Assembly: GCA_012521395.1 (NCBI GenBank)
Contig: JAAYML010000002.1
Span: 498-64,497 of the forward strand
Direction: 5' to 3'
DNA length: 64,000 nucleotides
Origin: Candidatus Epulonipiscium sp.
GTDB lineage: Bacteria > Bacillota > Clostridia > Lachnospirales > Defluviitaleaceae
Made by a program: the position numbers and the translations under genes. Positions within the stretch are counted from its first letter, which is position 1. Every line of letters starts with the position of its first letter. A model generated the notes under the pieces. It saw only the letters and a program-made list of their open reading frames with translations. It made no database searches and had not been told where the DNA came from. Shown here in pieces: positions 1 to 10,867 of this stretch.

Positions 1-1312
1 TGGTTTTTATATCAAAAACAGTATATTCATCCTCTAAAGTCTGATTTTGTGGATTTTGAATCACTGCATTTAAATCATCAACTAAATAAGCTTCAATTCC
101 ATAAATCACTTTAATGCCATATTTTTTTGATGCGGACGCTGCATCGGGATATGCTTGTACAACGCCATGGTCAGTAATAGCAATAGCTGGATGCCCCCAT
201 TTTGCAGCTCTTTCAATTAAAGCGGTTACGGAAACAATCCCGTCCATGGAACTCATTTGTGTATGGGCATGCAATTCGATTCTCTTTTCCTGGGCTTGAT
301 CGATTCTGATTAATTTTGAAGTCTTTTCAACGATATCTTTTGCCATTAAGACAATTTCTTTAGAAAAATTATCATATTGAATCAAACCTTTAACCCAGAC
401 ATGACATTTTTCTTTTAACCTGTTTTTGATGGCGTTTTCAAAGATATTTTTCTTTACAAAAAACTTCACCGTTATGGAATCTTCATAATCTGTAATGTCA
501 AAGGTAACGATATATTTTGAATGATTAATCTCTCTGTATTCTATAGACAAAATATCTCCCTGAATAACAACTTCGTCAGATTCTTCAGTAATGTCTTTTA
601 TTCGAATGGCTTCACTGTTTATATCTTTCCCCAGGATAACAGGATCCGGGGTTTCCTTATCCGGCATATGATCTTTTACTTCTTCAGTATTAATGACCTG
701 TGTAGTACTTGTTGCCAGCAGATTCTCAACAATATCATGCTCTATATTTGATAAATTATCTTCATAAATTTTCTTTTTATCTTTTGTAATCATTTCTTCT
801 TCAAATACAACTTCCATGTTCAGTCCTAATTCTTCGTTTAACATCCATTTAATTTTTTTATCCAATTCATTCTTCCTTAAATACGATGACTGATTGTTAC
901 TTACTTTTAATACCAGATAATTATCCTTCAGTTTCCAATGGCAATCTTTTAAAATACCAGTACCAATGGGATGTTTATCATTTATCGAATGAAGAATACT
1001 ATCCCAATACAAATGAATCACTTTGCTTTTGGAATCCTTATTATTTAATAAATCATCATCTGAAATATATTTTGACTTTAAATATACTTTATTGATTCCT
1101 TTAAACTGTTTCTGAATTTGCCTGCTTAATTGTTCAAGAATTTCCCTGTAAATAATATTTTTTACATCCAGTAAGATTTCTATAGCTTTATCTTCTTTAT
1201 AAACATTTATTTTTTTGATCTTAGCATCTTTTAGCATTTCTTTGATTGGAGCGTCAACATGCAACTGAGGAAAAACATCTAAAAAGTTATGGTTTTTTTC
1301 ATTTTGTAGCAT
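1..1312 (-). CDS. polC: DNA polymerase III PolC-type, N-terminal ~437 codons (gene continues beyond window start)
   Basis: Absent from the ORF track because it is open to the window edge. My own translation of the minus strand from ATG 1312 (GGAGG upstream) is stop-free to position 1. It contains the PHP motif IELHAHTQMSSMDG...AITDHGVVQAYP. It sits where polC sits in the Firmicutes rpsB-to-polC block. Confidence 0.85.
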   Translation of the reverse strand, partial: MLQNEKNHNFLDVFPQLHVDAPIKEMLKDAKIKKINVYKEDKAIEILLDVKNIIYREILEQLSRQIQKQFKGINKVYLKSKYISDDDLLNNKDSKSKVIHLYWDSILHSINDKHPIGTGILKDCHWKLKDNYLVLKVSNNQSSYLRKNELDKKIKWMLNEELGLNMEVVFEEEMITKDKKKIYEDNLSNIEHDIVENLLATSTTQVINTEEVKDHMPDKETPDPVILGKDINSEAIRIKDITEESDEVVIQGDILSIEYREINHSKYIVTFDITDYEDSITVKFFVKKNIFENAIKNRLKEKCHVWVKGLIQYDNFSKEIVLMAKDIVEKTSKLIRIDQAQEKRIELHAHTQMSSMDGIVSVTALIERAAKWGHPAIAITDHGVVQAYPDAASASKKYGIKVIYGIEAYLVDDLNAVIQNPQNQTLEDEYTVFDIKT

Positions 1313-1348
1313 TTTAACCTCCATCTGTCCTATGGACAATTACTATAA

Positions 1349-2404
1349 TTAAAGTTTGTCGATTTCTTCAAATAATGCTTCTAACAATTGATTTTCCGGA
1401 ACTTTTTTAATAATTTCACCTTTTTTAAAAATGAGACCAACACCTTTTCCACCAGCTATGCCAATATCGGCTTCCCTTGCTTCTCCAGGACCATTTACCA
1501 CACAGCCCATGACAGCAATTTTTATGTTTTTATTGATATTAGCGCATCTCTTTTCTACTTCATTGGCTAAAGAAATCAAGTCTATTTCAGTTCTTCCACA
1601 AGTAGGACAAGAAATCAGTTCCACACCAAATTTTCTTAATTCAAGAGCTTGTAATATTTCTTTGGCACAGAGCACTTCTTCTACAGGATCTCCAGTCAAG
1701 GATACCCTTATGGTATCCCCTATACCTCTTGATAAGATTGCCCCAATGCCTACTGCCGATTTCATTCTTCCGCTTTTTATAGTTCCAGCTTCAGTGATGC
1801 CGACATGAAGCGGATAGTCGATTTGTTCAGATAAAGCTTCATAAGCCATTAAAGACAAAGGTATACTTGATGCTTTAATCGAGACAACGATATTATAATA
1901 ATCCAATTCTTCTAAAATACGGATATGTCTTAGAGCACTTTCAACCAGTGCCTGAGGCTGAACGCCATATTTATCTAATAAATCTTTTTCTAAAGAGCCG
2001 GCATTAACTCCTATACGAATAGGTATATTTCGTTCTTTTGCTGCTTTTACAACTTCCTTTATACGTTCCCTGGAACCAATATTTCCAGGATTAATTCTTA
2101 ATTTATCTACCCCTTTTTCTATGGCCGTTAAAGCCAGGCGATAATTAAAATGGATGTCCGCCACTAAAGGAATATGGATTTGATTTTTAATTGCAGCAAT
2201 GGCATTAGCTGCCTCCATATCTGGAACAGCCACTCTTATGATTTCACAACCTGCTTCTTCTAAAAGGTGAATTTGTTTTACAGTTTCTTCTACATTTCTC
2301 GTGTCTGTGTTACACATGGACTGAATGGCTATGGGATGTTCCGAGCCAATTGGAAGATTTCCAATGAAAATAGTTCTTGTTTTTTTTCGCTTAATATTTA
2401 TCAT
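1349..2404 (-). CDS. ispG: 4-hydroxy-3-methylbut-2-en-1-yl diphosphate synthase (flavodoxin), IspG/GcpE
   Basis: 351 aa. N-terminal [16 protein letters not shown] and C-terminal Cys motifs CPTCGR / GCVVNGPGE are typical of GcpE. GGAGG RBS. Confidence 0.95.
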   Translation of the reverse strand: MINIKRKKTRTIFIGNLPIGSEHPIAIQSMCNTDTRNVEETVKQIHLLEEAGCEIIRVAVPDMEAANAIAAIKNQIHIPLVADIHFNYRLALTAIEKGVDKLRINPGNIGSRERIKEVVKAAKERNIPIRIGVNAGSLEKDLLDKYGVQPQALVESALRHIRILEELDYYNIVVSIKASSIPLSLMAYEALSEQIDYPLHVGITEAGTIKSGRMKSAVGIGAILSRGIGDTIRVSLTGDPVEEVLCAKEILQALELRKFGVELISCPTCGRTEIDLISLANEVEKRCANINKNIKIAVMGCVVNGPGEAREADIGIAGGKGVGLIFKKGEIIKKVPENQLLEALFEEIDKL

Positions 2405-2422
2405 GAAATATTGCCTCCATTA

Positions 2423-3454
2423 TCAATGGATAAAAATCCGCGATATATCATTAAATAAAACAACAACCATCAGTGTCATCAGTACAGCAAAACCAATAAA
2501 ATGAATTAATCCTTCTTTTTCAACGTCAACAGGCTTACCTCTTAATCCTTCTAAAAATAAGAATATTAATCTGCCTCCATCCAAAGCAGGGAAAGGCAGC
2601 AAATTCATTACACCCAGATTGGCGCTAATTAAAGCGGTAATACTTAAAAGATATTGGATGGCTACGTAAAAGCTGGCTTTCATACCTTCCTGATAAGCTT
2701 CACCAATAATATCCATAACACCTAAAGGTCCTGCAACTTGTCCTTTAGCTTTTAAAGTAACCAGTTGTATCAGTCCAATAATAACTTGTTTAATTATAAA
2801 GATGACTTGCCAAAAAGCCTGACTGAGAACATTAAATACATTATTCTCTCCAATTTTAGGTTCAAAACCAATTAACCAGCGGTCACCTTCTTGTCTCGGT
2901 GTTACAAGTTTTGTTATCCGGCTTCCGTCTCTTTCAATAACGATTTGAAGTGGACTACCCTTGGTTTGCTGAACAATCATATCAATCTCTTGTTTAAGAT
3001 GTATTCTTTGTCCATCCAGAGAAATAATCTTATCTCCTGCTTGCAGACCTATTTCTTCTGCCGCTGAATTGGGAAGAACTCTGTTAACGGTTGTACTTAA
3101 ATAGCCACCAGATGCTACAGACCAAACAATAATGATATAGGCTAACAGAAGATTCATGACAGGACCAGCAACAATAACAGCAATCCTTGTCCTGACTGGC
3201 TTGTTTGTAAAAGAACGACTGTCATCGGTAGCTGTATCTGCTCCCAACATATTACAAAAACCGCCAATAGGAAATGCACGAATAGAATAAACAGTTTCAC
3301 CAATCTTTTTACTAATTAGTTTAGGTCCCATACCCATGGCAAATTCTTCTACCATTATCCCACTCTTTTTTGCTACAATAAAATGTCCAAATTCATGCAC
3401 CAGGATGATTAATCCGAAAACTAAAATTGATATAAAAATGGTCAATACATCCAT
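2423..3454 (-). CDS. rseP: RIP site-2 zinc metalloprotease RseP/YluC family
   Basis: 343 aa. HEFGH in the first TM helix, a central PDZ-like segment, and NLLPFPALDGG near the C-terminus. Conserved position after dxr. Confidence 0.9.
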   Translation of the reverse strand: MDVLTIFISILVFGLIILVHEFGHFIVAKKSGIMVEEFAMGMGPKLISKKIGETVYSIRAFPIGGFCNMLGADTATDDSRSFTNKPVRTRIAVIVAGPVMNLLLAYIIIVWSVASGGYLSTTVNRVLPNSAAEEIGLQAGDKIISLDGQRIHLKQEIDMIVQQTKGSPLQIVIERDGSRITKLVTPRQEGDRWLIGFEPKIGENNVFNVLSQAFWQVIFIIKQVIIGLIQLVTLKAKGQVAGPLGVMDIIGEAYQEGMKASFYVAIQYLLSITALISANLGVMNLLPFPALDGGRLIFLFLEGLRGKPVDVEKEGLIHFIGFAVLMTLMVVVLFNDISRIFIH

Positions 3455-3467
3455 TTTTTCACCTCAA

Positions 3468-4595
3468 TTAACATATTTTTCTTGCCCATTGGTCTACATC
3501 TAATATATCGGATAAAGAAGGATTTTTAATCAACTCGTGTTTTTCCATTGTAGCTTCAATAATTTTTGCTATATCTAAAAAATTAATTTCTTTTTTAAGA
3601 AATTTATCTACGGCAACTTCATTGGCAGCATTTAAAACTGCTGGCATTGTGCCCCCTATTTTAAGGGCATCGTAGGCCAATTGTAAACACTTAAAAACGG
3701 ACAAATCAACTTCTTCAAAAGAAAGCATATTTCTTTGACGAAAGTTAATTCTTGGCCAATTATTTGTTATCCGTTTGGGATAAGTTAAGGCATATTGAAT
3801 AGGCAGTCTCATGTCCGGCTCACCCATTTGAGCCATAATGGAGCCATCTTCAAATTCTACCATAGAATGTATAATGCTTTGAGGATGAACTAAAACTTCT
3901 ATTTGATTTAATTCTACATCAAATAACCATTTGGCTTCAATAACTTCTAAGCCTTTATTCATCATGGTTGCAGAATCAATAGTTATTTTTGCTCCCATTT
4001 CCCAATTAGGATGCTTCAGAGCCTCTTCAACTGTAACCATTTCAAGTTCTTTTAAACTTTTACCACGAAAAGGACCTCCCGAAGCAGTAAGTATAATCCT
4101 ACTTATCTTGTTATGGGCATTACCTTGCAAACATTGAAAAATAGCTGAATGTTCGCTATCAACCGGATAGATGGACACATTATTTTTTTTGGCTTCTTCC
4201 ATAATAATTTTACCTGCAGTTACCAAGGTTTCTTTATTAGCTAAAGCAATATTTTTTTTCTTTTGGATCGCTTTAAAAGTAGGAATCAATCCTATAACAC
4301 CGACAACAGAAGTTACCACAGTATCTGTTTCATCCATTTCAGCAATTTCACAAAGGCCTTCTAATCCTTTTAACACCTCTATTTTGCTTCCAATTCTCTT
4401 TTTTAATTCATATGCTTTTTCATCATCCATTACTGCTACCTTTTTAGGATGAAATTCTTCTATTTGCTTTTCTAATAAGTCTATATTTTTATTCGTTGAT
4501 AGTGCTTTTACTTCGATATTTCCTAAATTTCTGACAACATCTAAAGTTTGAGTACCTATTGAGCCAGTGGATCCCAATATAGAAATTGCTTTCAA
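3468..4595 (-). CDS. dxr: 1-deoxy-D-xylulose 5-phosphate reductoisomerase
   Basis: [20 protein letters not shown] motif. The ORF track starts at GTG 4604. I prefer TTG 4595, which has AAGAGGTGAG just upstream and gives the usual [15 protein letters not shown]-terminus. Confidence 0.93.
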   Translation of the reverse strand: MKAISILGSTGSIGTQTLDVVRNLGNIEVKALSTNKNIDLLEKQIEEFHPKKVAVMDDEKAYELKKRIGSKIEVLKGLEGLCEIAEMDETDTVVTSVVGVIGLIPTFKAIQKKKNIALANKETLVTAGKIIMEEAKKNNVSIYPVDSEHSAIFQCLQGNAHNKISRIILTASGGPFRGKSLKELEMVTVEEALKHPNWEMGAKITIDSATMMNKGLEVIEAKWLFDVELNQIEVLVHPQSIIHSMVEFEDGSIMAQMGEPDMRLPIQYALTYPKRITNNWPRINFRQRNMLSFEEVDLSVFKCLQLAYDALKIGGTMPAVLNAANEVAVDKFLKKEINFLDIAKIIEATMEKHELIKNPSLSDILDVDQWARKIC

Positions 4596-4664
4596 AAAAC
4601 TCACCTCTTAATTTTGTAGTCCAAGCAGTCCAAAGAATCTTAGAATGGAAATTTTGACAATAAC

Positions 4665-5474
4665 TTAGCCTATAATAAAATTAAATAATAAAAGTATGTA
4701 ATAGACTAATGGAGCTGTAAATAAAATACTGTCAAAACGATCTAATACGCCGCCATGTCCTGGAAATAAATAACCATAATCCTTTATTTCAACATACCTT
4801 TTAATGGAGGAAGCCGCTAAATCTCCTAATTGCGAAGCTATACTTCCAAGTCCTCCAACAACAATACAGATAAGGAGTAAATGGTTCATTGAAACGTTTA
4901 AACCAGACTGAATGATTATCCCGTATACAAGTGATAAAAGAACACTTCCAATAAAACCTCCTATGGCTCCTTCAATAGTCTTTTTAGGACTTAGACTGGG
5001 ACAAAGTTTATGTCTGCCTAAAAACATACCAGTAAAATAAGCTGCAGTATCACTACCCCAGGCACTAATAAAGATTAACCAAATAAATAATTCTCCATGT
5101 AAAAGCTGATTTATTTGAACAATGTGAGAAAACAAAACACATACATAAAAAAATCCAAAAAAGGTAATTGCCACATCAACGACCTTATATTTTTTATGCA
5201 AAAAAACGGTAGCTAATAACAATATTATTAAAAATAAAATCATAAAAGGAAAAGCAAACTGCTGTCCTGACGAAATAAATAAGATATAAAATAAGGCAAA
5301 AATATAACCTAACGGCTTTATTGGATTAAATTTATTATCCATAGCTTTATAGAATTCATACATGCCAATTAAAACAAAAACGCATAATGCAATTTTTAAT
5401 ATTAAACCACCCGATAAAATAACAAATATAAGTAAAGGTATCCCTAAGAGTGCCGTTAATATACGTATACCCAA
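4665..5474 (-). CDS. cdsA: phosphatidate cytidylyltransferase
   Basis: 269 aa polytopic membrane protein. C-terminal SxxKRxxxxKDxGxxxPGHGGxxDRxD signature (SSIKRYVEIKDYGYLFPGHGGVLDRFD). Confidence 0.9.
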   Translation of the reverse strand: MGIRILTALLGIPLLIFVILSGGLILKIALCVFVLIGMYEFYKAMDNKFNPIKPLGYIFALFYILFISSGQQFAFPFMILFLIILLLATVFLHKKYKVVDVAITFFGFFYVCVLFSHIVQINQLLHGELFIWLIFISAWGSDTAAYFTGMFLGRHKLCPSLSPKKTIEGAIGGFIGSVLLSLVYGIIIQSGLNVSMNHLLLICIVVGGLGSIASQLGDLAASSIKRYVEIKDYGYLFPGHGGVLDRFDSILFTAPLVYYILLLFNFIIG

Positions 5475-5491
5475 TAAAATCTCCTCCGATA

Positions 5492-6226
5492 TTAAATAGT
5501 TCCAAAGCGTCGTTCTCTATTTTGATATTCAAAAATTGCCTTATATAAATCATTTTCGTCAAAATCCGGCCATAATTTATCCGTAAAATAAAATTCGGTA
5601 TAGGCAATTTGCCATAACAAGAAATTACTAATTCTTTTTTCACCACTTGTTCTGATTAAAAGATCCGGATCAGGAATTTCTTTAGTATCTAAATAAGAAG
5701 AAATTAAAGAGTCATCAATAGAATTCAAATCTATTTTAGATTCCATTACATCTGTAACAATTTTTTTAACAGCACGGGTCATCTCATCTCTACTTCCATA
5801 GTTTAAAGCGATATGTAAATTGAGTCCATTTTTTTTCAAAGTCAATTCTTGAATTTTTTCAATTTTTCTTTGTATTTCTTCGTCAAATTTTGTTATGTCA
5901 CCAATGACATCAATTTTTACATTATTATCTTTCGTATCCTTAAGATATTGATTTAGGTATTGACTTAATAATTTCATCAAAGCATTGACTTCTTCTTTGG
6001 GGCGCTTCCAGTTTTCCGTTGAAAAAGCGTAAACCGTCAAATGAGCGATACCTAATGAATCCGCCGCTTTAACAATTCTTTCTAAAGCTTTGGAACCTGC
6101 CTTGTGACCAAAAGACCGGGATTGTTGTTTTTGTTTAGCCCATCGGCCGTTTCCGTCCATAATAATTGCAATGTGCTTTGGGAGAGAATCCATTTTTAAC
6201 TTATTTTTATAATTATGGTTATCCAT
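5492..6226 (-). CDS. uppS: isoprenyl transferase (undecaprenyl diphosphate synthase)
   Basis: HIAIIMDGNGRWA and ...RTSGEKRISNFLLWQIAYTEFYF motifs. GAGGAGG RBS. Confidence 0.95.
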   Translation of the reverse strand: MDNHNYKNKLKMDSLPKHIAIIMDGNGRWAKQKQQSRSFGHKAGSKALERIVKAADSLGIAHLTVYAFSTENWKRPKEEVNALMKLLSQYLNQYLKDTKDNNVKIDVIGDITKFDEEIQRKIEKIQELTLKKNGLNLHIALNYGSRDEMTRAVKKIVTDVMESKIDLNSIDDSLISSYLDTKEIPDPDLLIRTSGEKRISNFLLWQIAYTEFYFTDKLWPDFDENDLYKAIFEYQNRERRFGTI

Positions 6227-6290
6227 ACAGACCTCCTCAAATCTGGTGCAAGATGCAATAACAGCAATAAGATAACAGAATGCGTAAAAT

Positions 6291-6316
6291 TAAGAAAACA
6301 CCCCTTATAAAAGGGG
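6291..6316 (-). terminator. rho-independent terminator after frr
   Basis: Minus-strand RNA CCCCUU-uuau-AAGGGG followed by UGUUUUCUU, 15 nt after the frr stop. Confidence 0.7.
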
Positions 6317-6330
6317 CTTTATATACTATG

Positions 6331-6885
6331 CTATATAGAAAGAATGTCTTTATTTTTATTTTCAATATGTACATCAATTTTTTCTATATATTTATCAGTC
6401 ATTTTTTGAATATCTTCTTCAATTTCTTTCAATTGATCCTCTGAAATTTCTCCTTCTTTTTCTGCTTTTCTGAAATGATCTAAAGCTTCTCTACGTATGT
6501 TTCTAATAGCAACCTTTGCATCTTCACCTTTTTTCTTTACTTCTTTAGTTAATTCTTTTCTTCTTTCTTCGGTTAATTCTGGGAATACTAAACGTATCAC
6601 TTTACCATCATTACTAGGAGTAATTCCAATATCGGAAGCTAAAATTGCTTTTTCAATATCTTTTATGACCGATGCATCCCAAGGTTGAATCTGTATCATT
6701 CTTGCTTCTGGTACAGTAATATTGGCTACTTGATTGACGGGAGTCTGTACCCCGTAATAATTAATAAAAATACGGTCCAAAATATGAGGATTTGCTCTGC
6801 CTGCTCTGATCATGTTTAATTCTTTTTCCAATGCATTAATTGACTTTTGCATTTTCGTTTCGAATTGTTCATACTGCTTATCCAT
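6331..6885 (-). CDS. frr: ribosome recycling factor
   Basis: 184 aa. [19 protein letters not shown] and ...[15 protein letters not shown] are typical Frr. Synteny pyrH-frr. Confidence 0.95.
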   Translation of the reverse strand: MDKQYEQFETKMQKSINALEKELNMIRAGRANPHILDRIFINYYGVQTPVNQVANITVPEARMIQIQPWDASVIKDIEKAILASDIGITPSNDGKVIRLVFPELTEERRKELTKEVKKKGEDAKVAIRNIRREALDHFRKAEKEGEISEDQLKEIEEDIQKMTDKYIEKIDVHIENKNKDILSI

Positions 6886-6908
6886 ATCTAATTACCCCCT
6901 TAAATCTT

Positions 6909-7613
6909 TTAATTTTTTATTATTGTTCCTATATTCTTACCTGAAATCACATCGATTATACTATTTTCAAAATTTAAAGGAAATATTAAAATATCTAAGT
7001 GCTGATCCATACAAAGACTGGCAGCTGCAGTATCGATAACTTTTAGTTGTTTTTCTATTATGTCTTTTCCAGTTAATTCTGTGAATTTTTTTGCATTAGG
7101 ATTAAACTTTGGATCAGAATCATATACACCATCTATATTCTTAGCAAATAGTAAAACATCAGCTTCGATCTCACATCCCCTTAATGCAGCCCCAGTATCT
7201 GTTGAAAAATAAGGATGACCTGTTCCACCAGCAAAAAATACAACGGTTTTATTTTTCATATGTTCAAGAGCTGAATCCTTAGAAAACAATTCAGTTATTG
7301 TTCCAATTTGGAAAGGGGTTTGGACAACCGCATTAAGTCCATTTGCCCGGCATACTTCTGCCACATATAATGAATTCATAACCGTTGCCAACATGCCAAT
7401 TTGATCCGACTTCGTTCTATCCATTTTATTATCGGTGCGACCTCTCCAAAAGTTTCCTCCACCAATTACAATCGCGAGTTCAGTACCTTGCTCAACTACA
7501 GTTTTTAACTGCTTTACAACAGAATTCACAATATCATAATCAAAACCATATCCTTTTGTACCAGATAATGCTTCACCACTTAATTTAATTAACACTCTTT
7601 TATAGCTACTCAT
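6909..7613 (-). CDS. pyrH: UMP kinase
   Basis: 234 aa. YKRVLIKLSGEAL and VIGGGNFWRG motifs. Confidence 0.95.
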   Translation of the reverse strand: MSSYKRVLIKLSGEALSGTKGYGFDYDIVNSVVKQLKTVVEQGTELAIVIGGGNFWRGRTDNKMDRTKSDQIGMLATVMNSLYVAEVCRANGLNAVVQTPFQIGTITELFSKDSALEHMKNKTVVFFAGGTGHPYFSTDTGAALRGCEIEADVLLFAKNIDGVYDSDPKFNPNAKKFTELTGKDIIEKQLKVIDTAAASLCMDQHLDILIFPLNFENSIIDVISGKNIGTIIKN

Positions 7614-7737
7614 TGAATAATTCCTCCGTTATTAATGTATCATATTTTTTTATATTTTTCCAGATAATTATACAATATTTATTCATAAATATTATATCAA
7701 AATTTAAATGACTATAATTTGAATTTATATTATTCAG

Positions 7738-7770
7738 AAAAAAAAGGAAACACTATGTGTCTCCTTTGTT
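7738..7770 (-). terminator. rho-independent terminator after tsf
   Basis: Minus-strand RNA AAAGGAGACA-cauag-UGUUUCCUUU (one G-U pair) followed by U8, about 20 nt after the tsf stop. Confidence 0.85.
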
Positions 7771-7788
7771 AAATCAAAATATCACTAT

Positions 7789-8709
7789 TTATTGATTCAT
7801 TTGCTTAGCAACTTCTTCTGCAAAATTTTCTTCTTTCTTTTCGATACCTTCTCCGGTTTCATAACGAACAAAAGCTTTAATAGTTACTTTATCACCAATT
7901 TCTTTGGAAACGCTGTCTAAATATTGGCTTACAGTCATTTCAGGATCTCTGATATATGCCTGATCCATTAAACAAATTTCCTTTAAAGATTTTTTCAAAC
8001 GACCTTCAATCATTTTTTCAACAATATTAGCTGGTTTTCCTTCATTTAAAGCTTGTTGCTTTAAAATTTCTCTTTCTTTTTCAACATAATCAGCAGGAAC
8101 TTCATCAATCGTAATGTATTTGGGATAAACAGCTGCTATTTGCATAGCAATATTTTTTCCTGCTTCAGCCAATTTATCAGAAGAAGAATTGCAATCTAAA
8201 TGAACCATTACACCGATTCTTCCACCGCCATGAATATAAGTTGCAATGATACCAGATTCTATTTCATATTTTACAAAACGTCTGATATTTAAATTTTCTC
8301 CAATAACAGAGATTTTTTCAGTTAAAACATCCTGAACTGTTTTCGAATTATCTAAATGCCAAGCTTCTTTCATAAAATCTTCAATATTGTCAGTTTTTGT
8401 TAGCACTGCTTGCTTAGCAGTTTCGTCAACAAAAGTTTTAAATAATTCATTTTTTGCAACAAAATCAGTTTCACTATTAACTTCAACTAATGCCGCAGTC
8501 TTACCATCTTCAGATACATAAGTAGCTACTAAACCTTCTGCAGCAATACGACCAGCTTTTTTAGCAGCTTTTGCTAATCCTTTTTCTCTTAATATTTCTA
8601 CAGCCTTTTCCATATTACCGTCAGCTTCAGTTAATGCCTTTTTACAGTCCATCATTCCTGCACCGGTCATTTCTCTTAATTCTTTAATCATATTTGCTGT
8701 AATAGCCAT
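7789..8709 (-). CDS. tsf: translation elongation factor Ts
   Basis: 306 aa. N-terminal IKELREMTGAGMMDCKKAL UBA-like motif. Confidence 0.95.
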   Translation of the reverse strand: MAITANMIKELREMTGAGMMDCKKALTEADGNMEKAVEILREKGLAKAAKKAGRIAAEGLVATYVSEDGKTAALVEVNSETDFVAKNELFKTFVDETAKQAVLTKTDNIEDFMKEAWHLDNSKTVQDVLTEKISVIGENLNIRRFVKYEIESGIIATYIHGGGRIGVMVHLDCNSSSDKLAEAGKNIAMQIAAVYPKYITIDEVPADYVEKEREILKQQALNEGKPANIVEKMIEGRLKKSLKEICLMDQAYIRDPEMTVSQYLDSVSKEIGDKVTIKAFVRYETGEGIEKKEENFAEEVAKQMNQ

Positions 8710-8779
8710 TTTTCAACCTCCAAATATTTAATTTTATTATAGAAAAGATGAAACTTATTATCACCAGGATCAATATTTT

Positions 8780-8804
8780 AAAAAGAAATGCGGCATTTGC
8801 CGCA
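8780..8804 (-). terminator. GC-rich hairpin + U-tract between rpsB and tsf (terminator/attenuator)
   Basis: Minus-strand RNA UGCGGC-aaau-GCCGCA followed by UUUCUUUUU, midway in the 170-nt rpsB-tsf spacer. Confidence 0.6.
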
Positions 8805-8879
8805 ATTCTTTTATAAAGGCAGTTTTAGCAAGATGCATATTGCATTAACAAATAATATTTATCGTCTCTATTAAAAATA

Positions 8880-9650
8880 TTATTCTACTTGTTCTACTGC
8901 TTCTTCAACTTCGTTTTCTGCTACTACTTCTTCTGCTTCTACTTTTTCATCTGCAACAGAGGTTTGAACACCTTGTTTAGCCTCAAGAACTGCATTGGCC
9001 ATTGTAGCAACAATTAATTTAACAGCACGGATAGCATCGTCATTACCAGGAATGACATAGTCTACCTCTTCAGGATCACAATTAGTATCTACAATCGCTA
9101 CCACAGGAATTCCTAAAATATGTGCTTCTTGAATAGCAATTTTTTCTTTTCTCGGATCAACGACAAAAATTAAATCTGGTAAAGAATTCATTTCTTTAAT
9201 ACCGCCAAGGTTCTTTTCAAGTTTTTCTTTTTCATGACGAAGCTTTATGACTTCTTTTTTAGGAAGAACATCAAAAGTTCCGTCCTCTTCCATTCGCTCT
9301 AATTCTTTTAATCTCTCAATTCTTGAGCGAATAGTCCTGAAATTGGTTAGCATACCACCTAACCATCTTTGATTTACATAGAACATTCCACATCGCTCAG
9401 CTTCTTCTTTGATTGAATCCTGAGCTTGTTTTTTAGTACCTACAAAAAGAACATTGCCACCTTCTTCTACAACATCACGAATAACCTGATATGCTTCTTC
9501 AATTTTCTTAACAGTCTTTTGAAGATCAATAATATAAATACCATTTCTTTCTGTGAAGATGTATTCCGCCATTTTAGGATTCCATCTTCTTGTTTGATGT
9601 CCAAAATGAACACCTGCTTCTAATAATTGTTTCATTGAAATTACACTCAT
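8880..9650 (-). CDS. rpsB: 30S ribosomal protein S2
   Basis: [23 protein letters not shown]-terminus. Acidic C-terminal tail. Confidence 0.97.
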   Translation of the reverse strand: MSVISMKQLLEAGVHFGHQTRRWNPKMAEYIFTERNGIYIIDLQKTVKKIEEAYQVIRDVVEEGGNVLFVGTKKQAQDSIKEEAERCGMFYVNQRWLGGMLTNFRTIRSRIERLKELERMEEDGTFDVLPKKEVIKLRHEKEKLEKNLGGIKEMNSLPDLIFVVDPRKEKIAIQEAHILGIPVVAIVDTNCDPEEVDYVIPGNDDAIRAVKLIVATMANAVLEAKQGVQTSVADEKVEAEEVVAENEVEEAVEQVE

Positions 9651-9759
9651 TTTTTTCTCCTCCTATTTTGGTTTTTTCCTCCGCAATCGTCATCTTTTCT
9701 AAAAGACCTCTTGGCACCATATTAGAAAATCCGATGCGTGTGTTTTATTTCCACATGGA

Positions 9760-9788
9760 AGTATAGCACATAATCATCCTATAATCAA
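9760..9788 (-). promoter_or_regulatory. sigma-A-type promoter for rpsB
   Basis: Minus strand TTGATT-17 nt-TATACT, about 100 nt upstream of the rpsB ATG. Confidence 0.55.
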
Positions 9789-9842
9789 TAATTAACTTTA
9801 ATAAAATGATAAATTTCATTAAAAAGCCACGATTATTTTTCA

Positions 9843-10337
9843 CTAATCATGGCTTCTTCTGGTTATTATATCAGCAATGGTTTTATAATCGCTTTTTGTA
9901 GGAATGTCAAAATATCCGTAAGCAATAATTCTGTCTAAATTATTATTCCGAAGATATGAATCAAAGGCATCACGATCATCAATTAAATGATTTTCGTACA
10001 ATAAACTACTGATTTCTTTTGAATCAAGACCTTGTGGTATAAATATGGTAACCACATCAAGCTCATAATATTCATGAGATTCATCTTTTTCATTTAAATT
10101 ATCGTCCTTTTTAACAAAATCCATACCAAGTTTTTTAGCTCTTCTTATGATTTCTTCCTGTGATAAAACAAATTTTTCTGGTGACAAATCGAGAGGATTT
10201 ACCATGCCTAATTCTTTTGATTTTTGAATGATTTCGTCATCAGATATCGACTTATAAGGAATAAAACAAAAAGTTATTCCTGTAATAACAATCCCTAAGC
10301 CCAATCCTATCATAAAACTTCTTGTAGATAATCCCAA
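9843..10337 (-). CDS. single-pass membrane protein with a YceG/MltG N-terminal (LysM-like) type domain; function unknown
   Basis: TTG start with GAGGTGA RBS, 6 nt after the upstream stop. One N-terminal TM helix. Internal duplicated motif DDEIIQKSKELGM / QEEIIRRAKKLGM. The C-terminal IPQGLDSKEISSLLYENHLIDDRDAFDSYL...YGYFDIP resembles the non-catalytic N-domain of MltG. No catalytic domain is present. Confidence 0.5.
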   Translation of the reverse strand: MGLSTRSFMIGLGLGIVITGITFCFIPYKSISDDEIIQKSKELGMVNPLDLSPEKFVLSQEEIIRRAKKLGMDFVKKDDNLNEKDESHEYYELDVVTIFIPQGLDSKEISSLLYENHLIDDRDAFDSYLRNNNLDRIIAYGYFDIPTKSDYKTIADIITRRSHD

Positions 10338-10343
10338 ATTACT

Positions 10344-10853
10344 TCACCTCATTTTCGCTAGTCCGAGTATTAACTGAACTTCTCCTTTTCCAATATTGAG
10401 CTTTTTGGCGATGCTTGAAATATCATTTCCTTCTTTATACAATTTGATAATCTGATCGTAATTCTTATTATTTAAAATTTGTAAAGCTTCCAAGTCATGA
10501 GCATTATTATCTTTGTCGCTACTGTTTTTATCATTTTTCTCACTAACCAGTTGAATCTTATCATTTGATAACTCTTTACCTTTTTCATCAATTAATTGAT
10601 ATATAAACAATAATTCCTTATATTTATTATCTAATTCTTCTTTAATATAGGAAGAAAAATGATTGAGTTCCTGAAGCATTTTATCGGCTTCATTAATTTG
10701 TGATTCCAGTTCCTTTTCAAAATTCTCATTTTTATTGCTGGAATGCTCCCCCTGATTTTTTTCTTTTATAAAAACAAGTCCAATAATTAGTATAATCATT
10801 CCTATGCTGATTACAAAAAAAATCATAATATTTAAAATTTCACTTTGCAACAT
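10344..10853 (-). CDS. SwrB-like membrane protein (N-terminal TM, coiled coil, C-terminal HTH-like tail)
   Basis: I prefer ATG 10853 (GAGGTG RBS 6 nt upstream) over the track's GTG 10862. Architecture, and the C-terminal IIKLYKEGNDISSIAKKLNIGKGEVQLILGL, recall B. subtilis SwrB, which follows sigD. This assignment is from memory and not verified. Confidence 0.45.
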   Translation of the reverse strand: MLQSEILNIMIFFVISIGMIILIIGLVFIKEKNQGEHSSNKNENFEKELESQINEADKMLQELNHFSSYIKEELDNKYKELLFIYQLIDEKGKELSNDKIQLVSEKNDKNSSDKDNNAHDLEALQILNNKNYDQIIKLYKEGNDISSIAKKLNIGKGEVQLILGLAKMR

Positions 10854-10867
10854 GGTATACACCTCAA

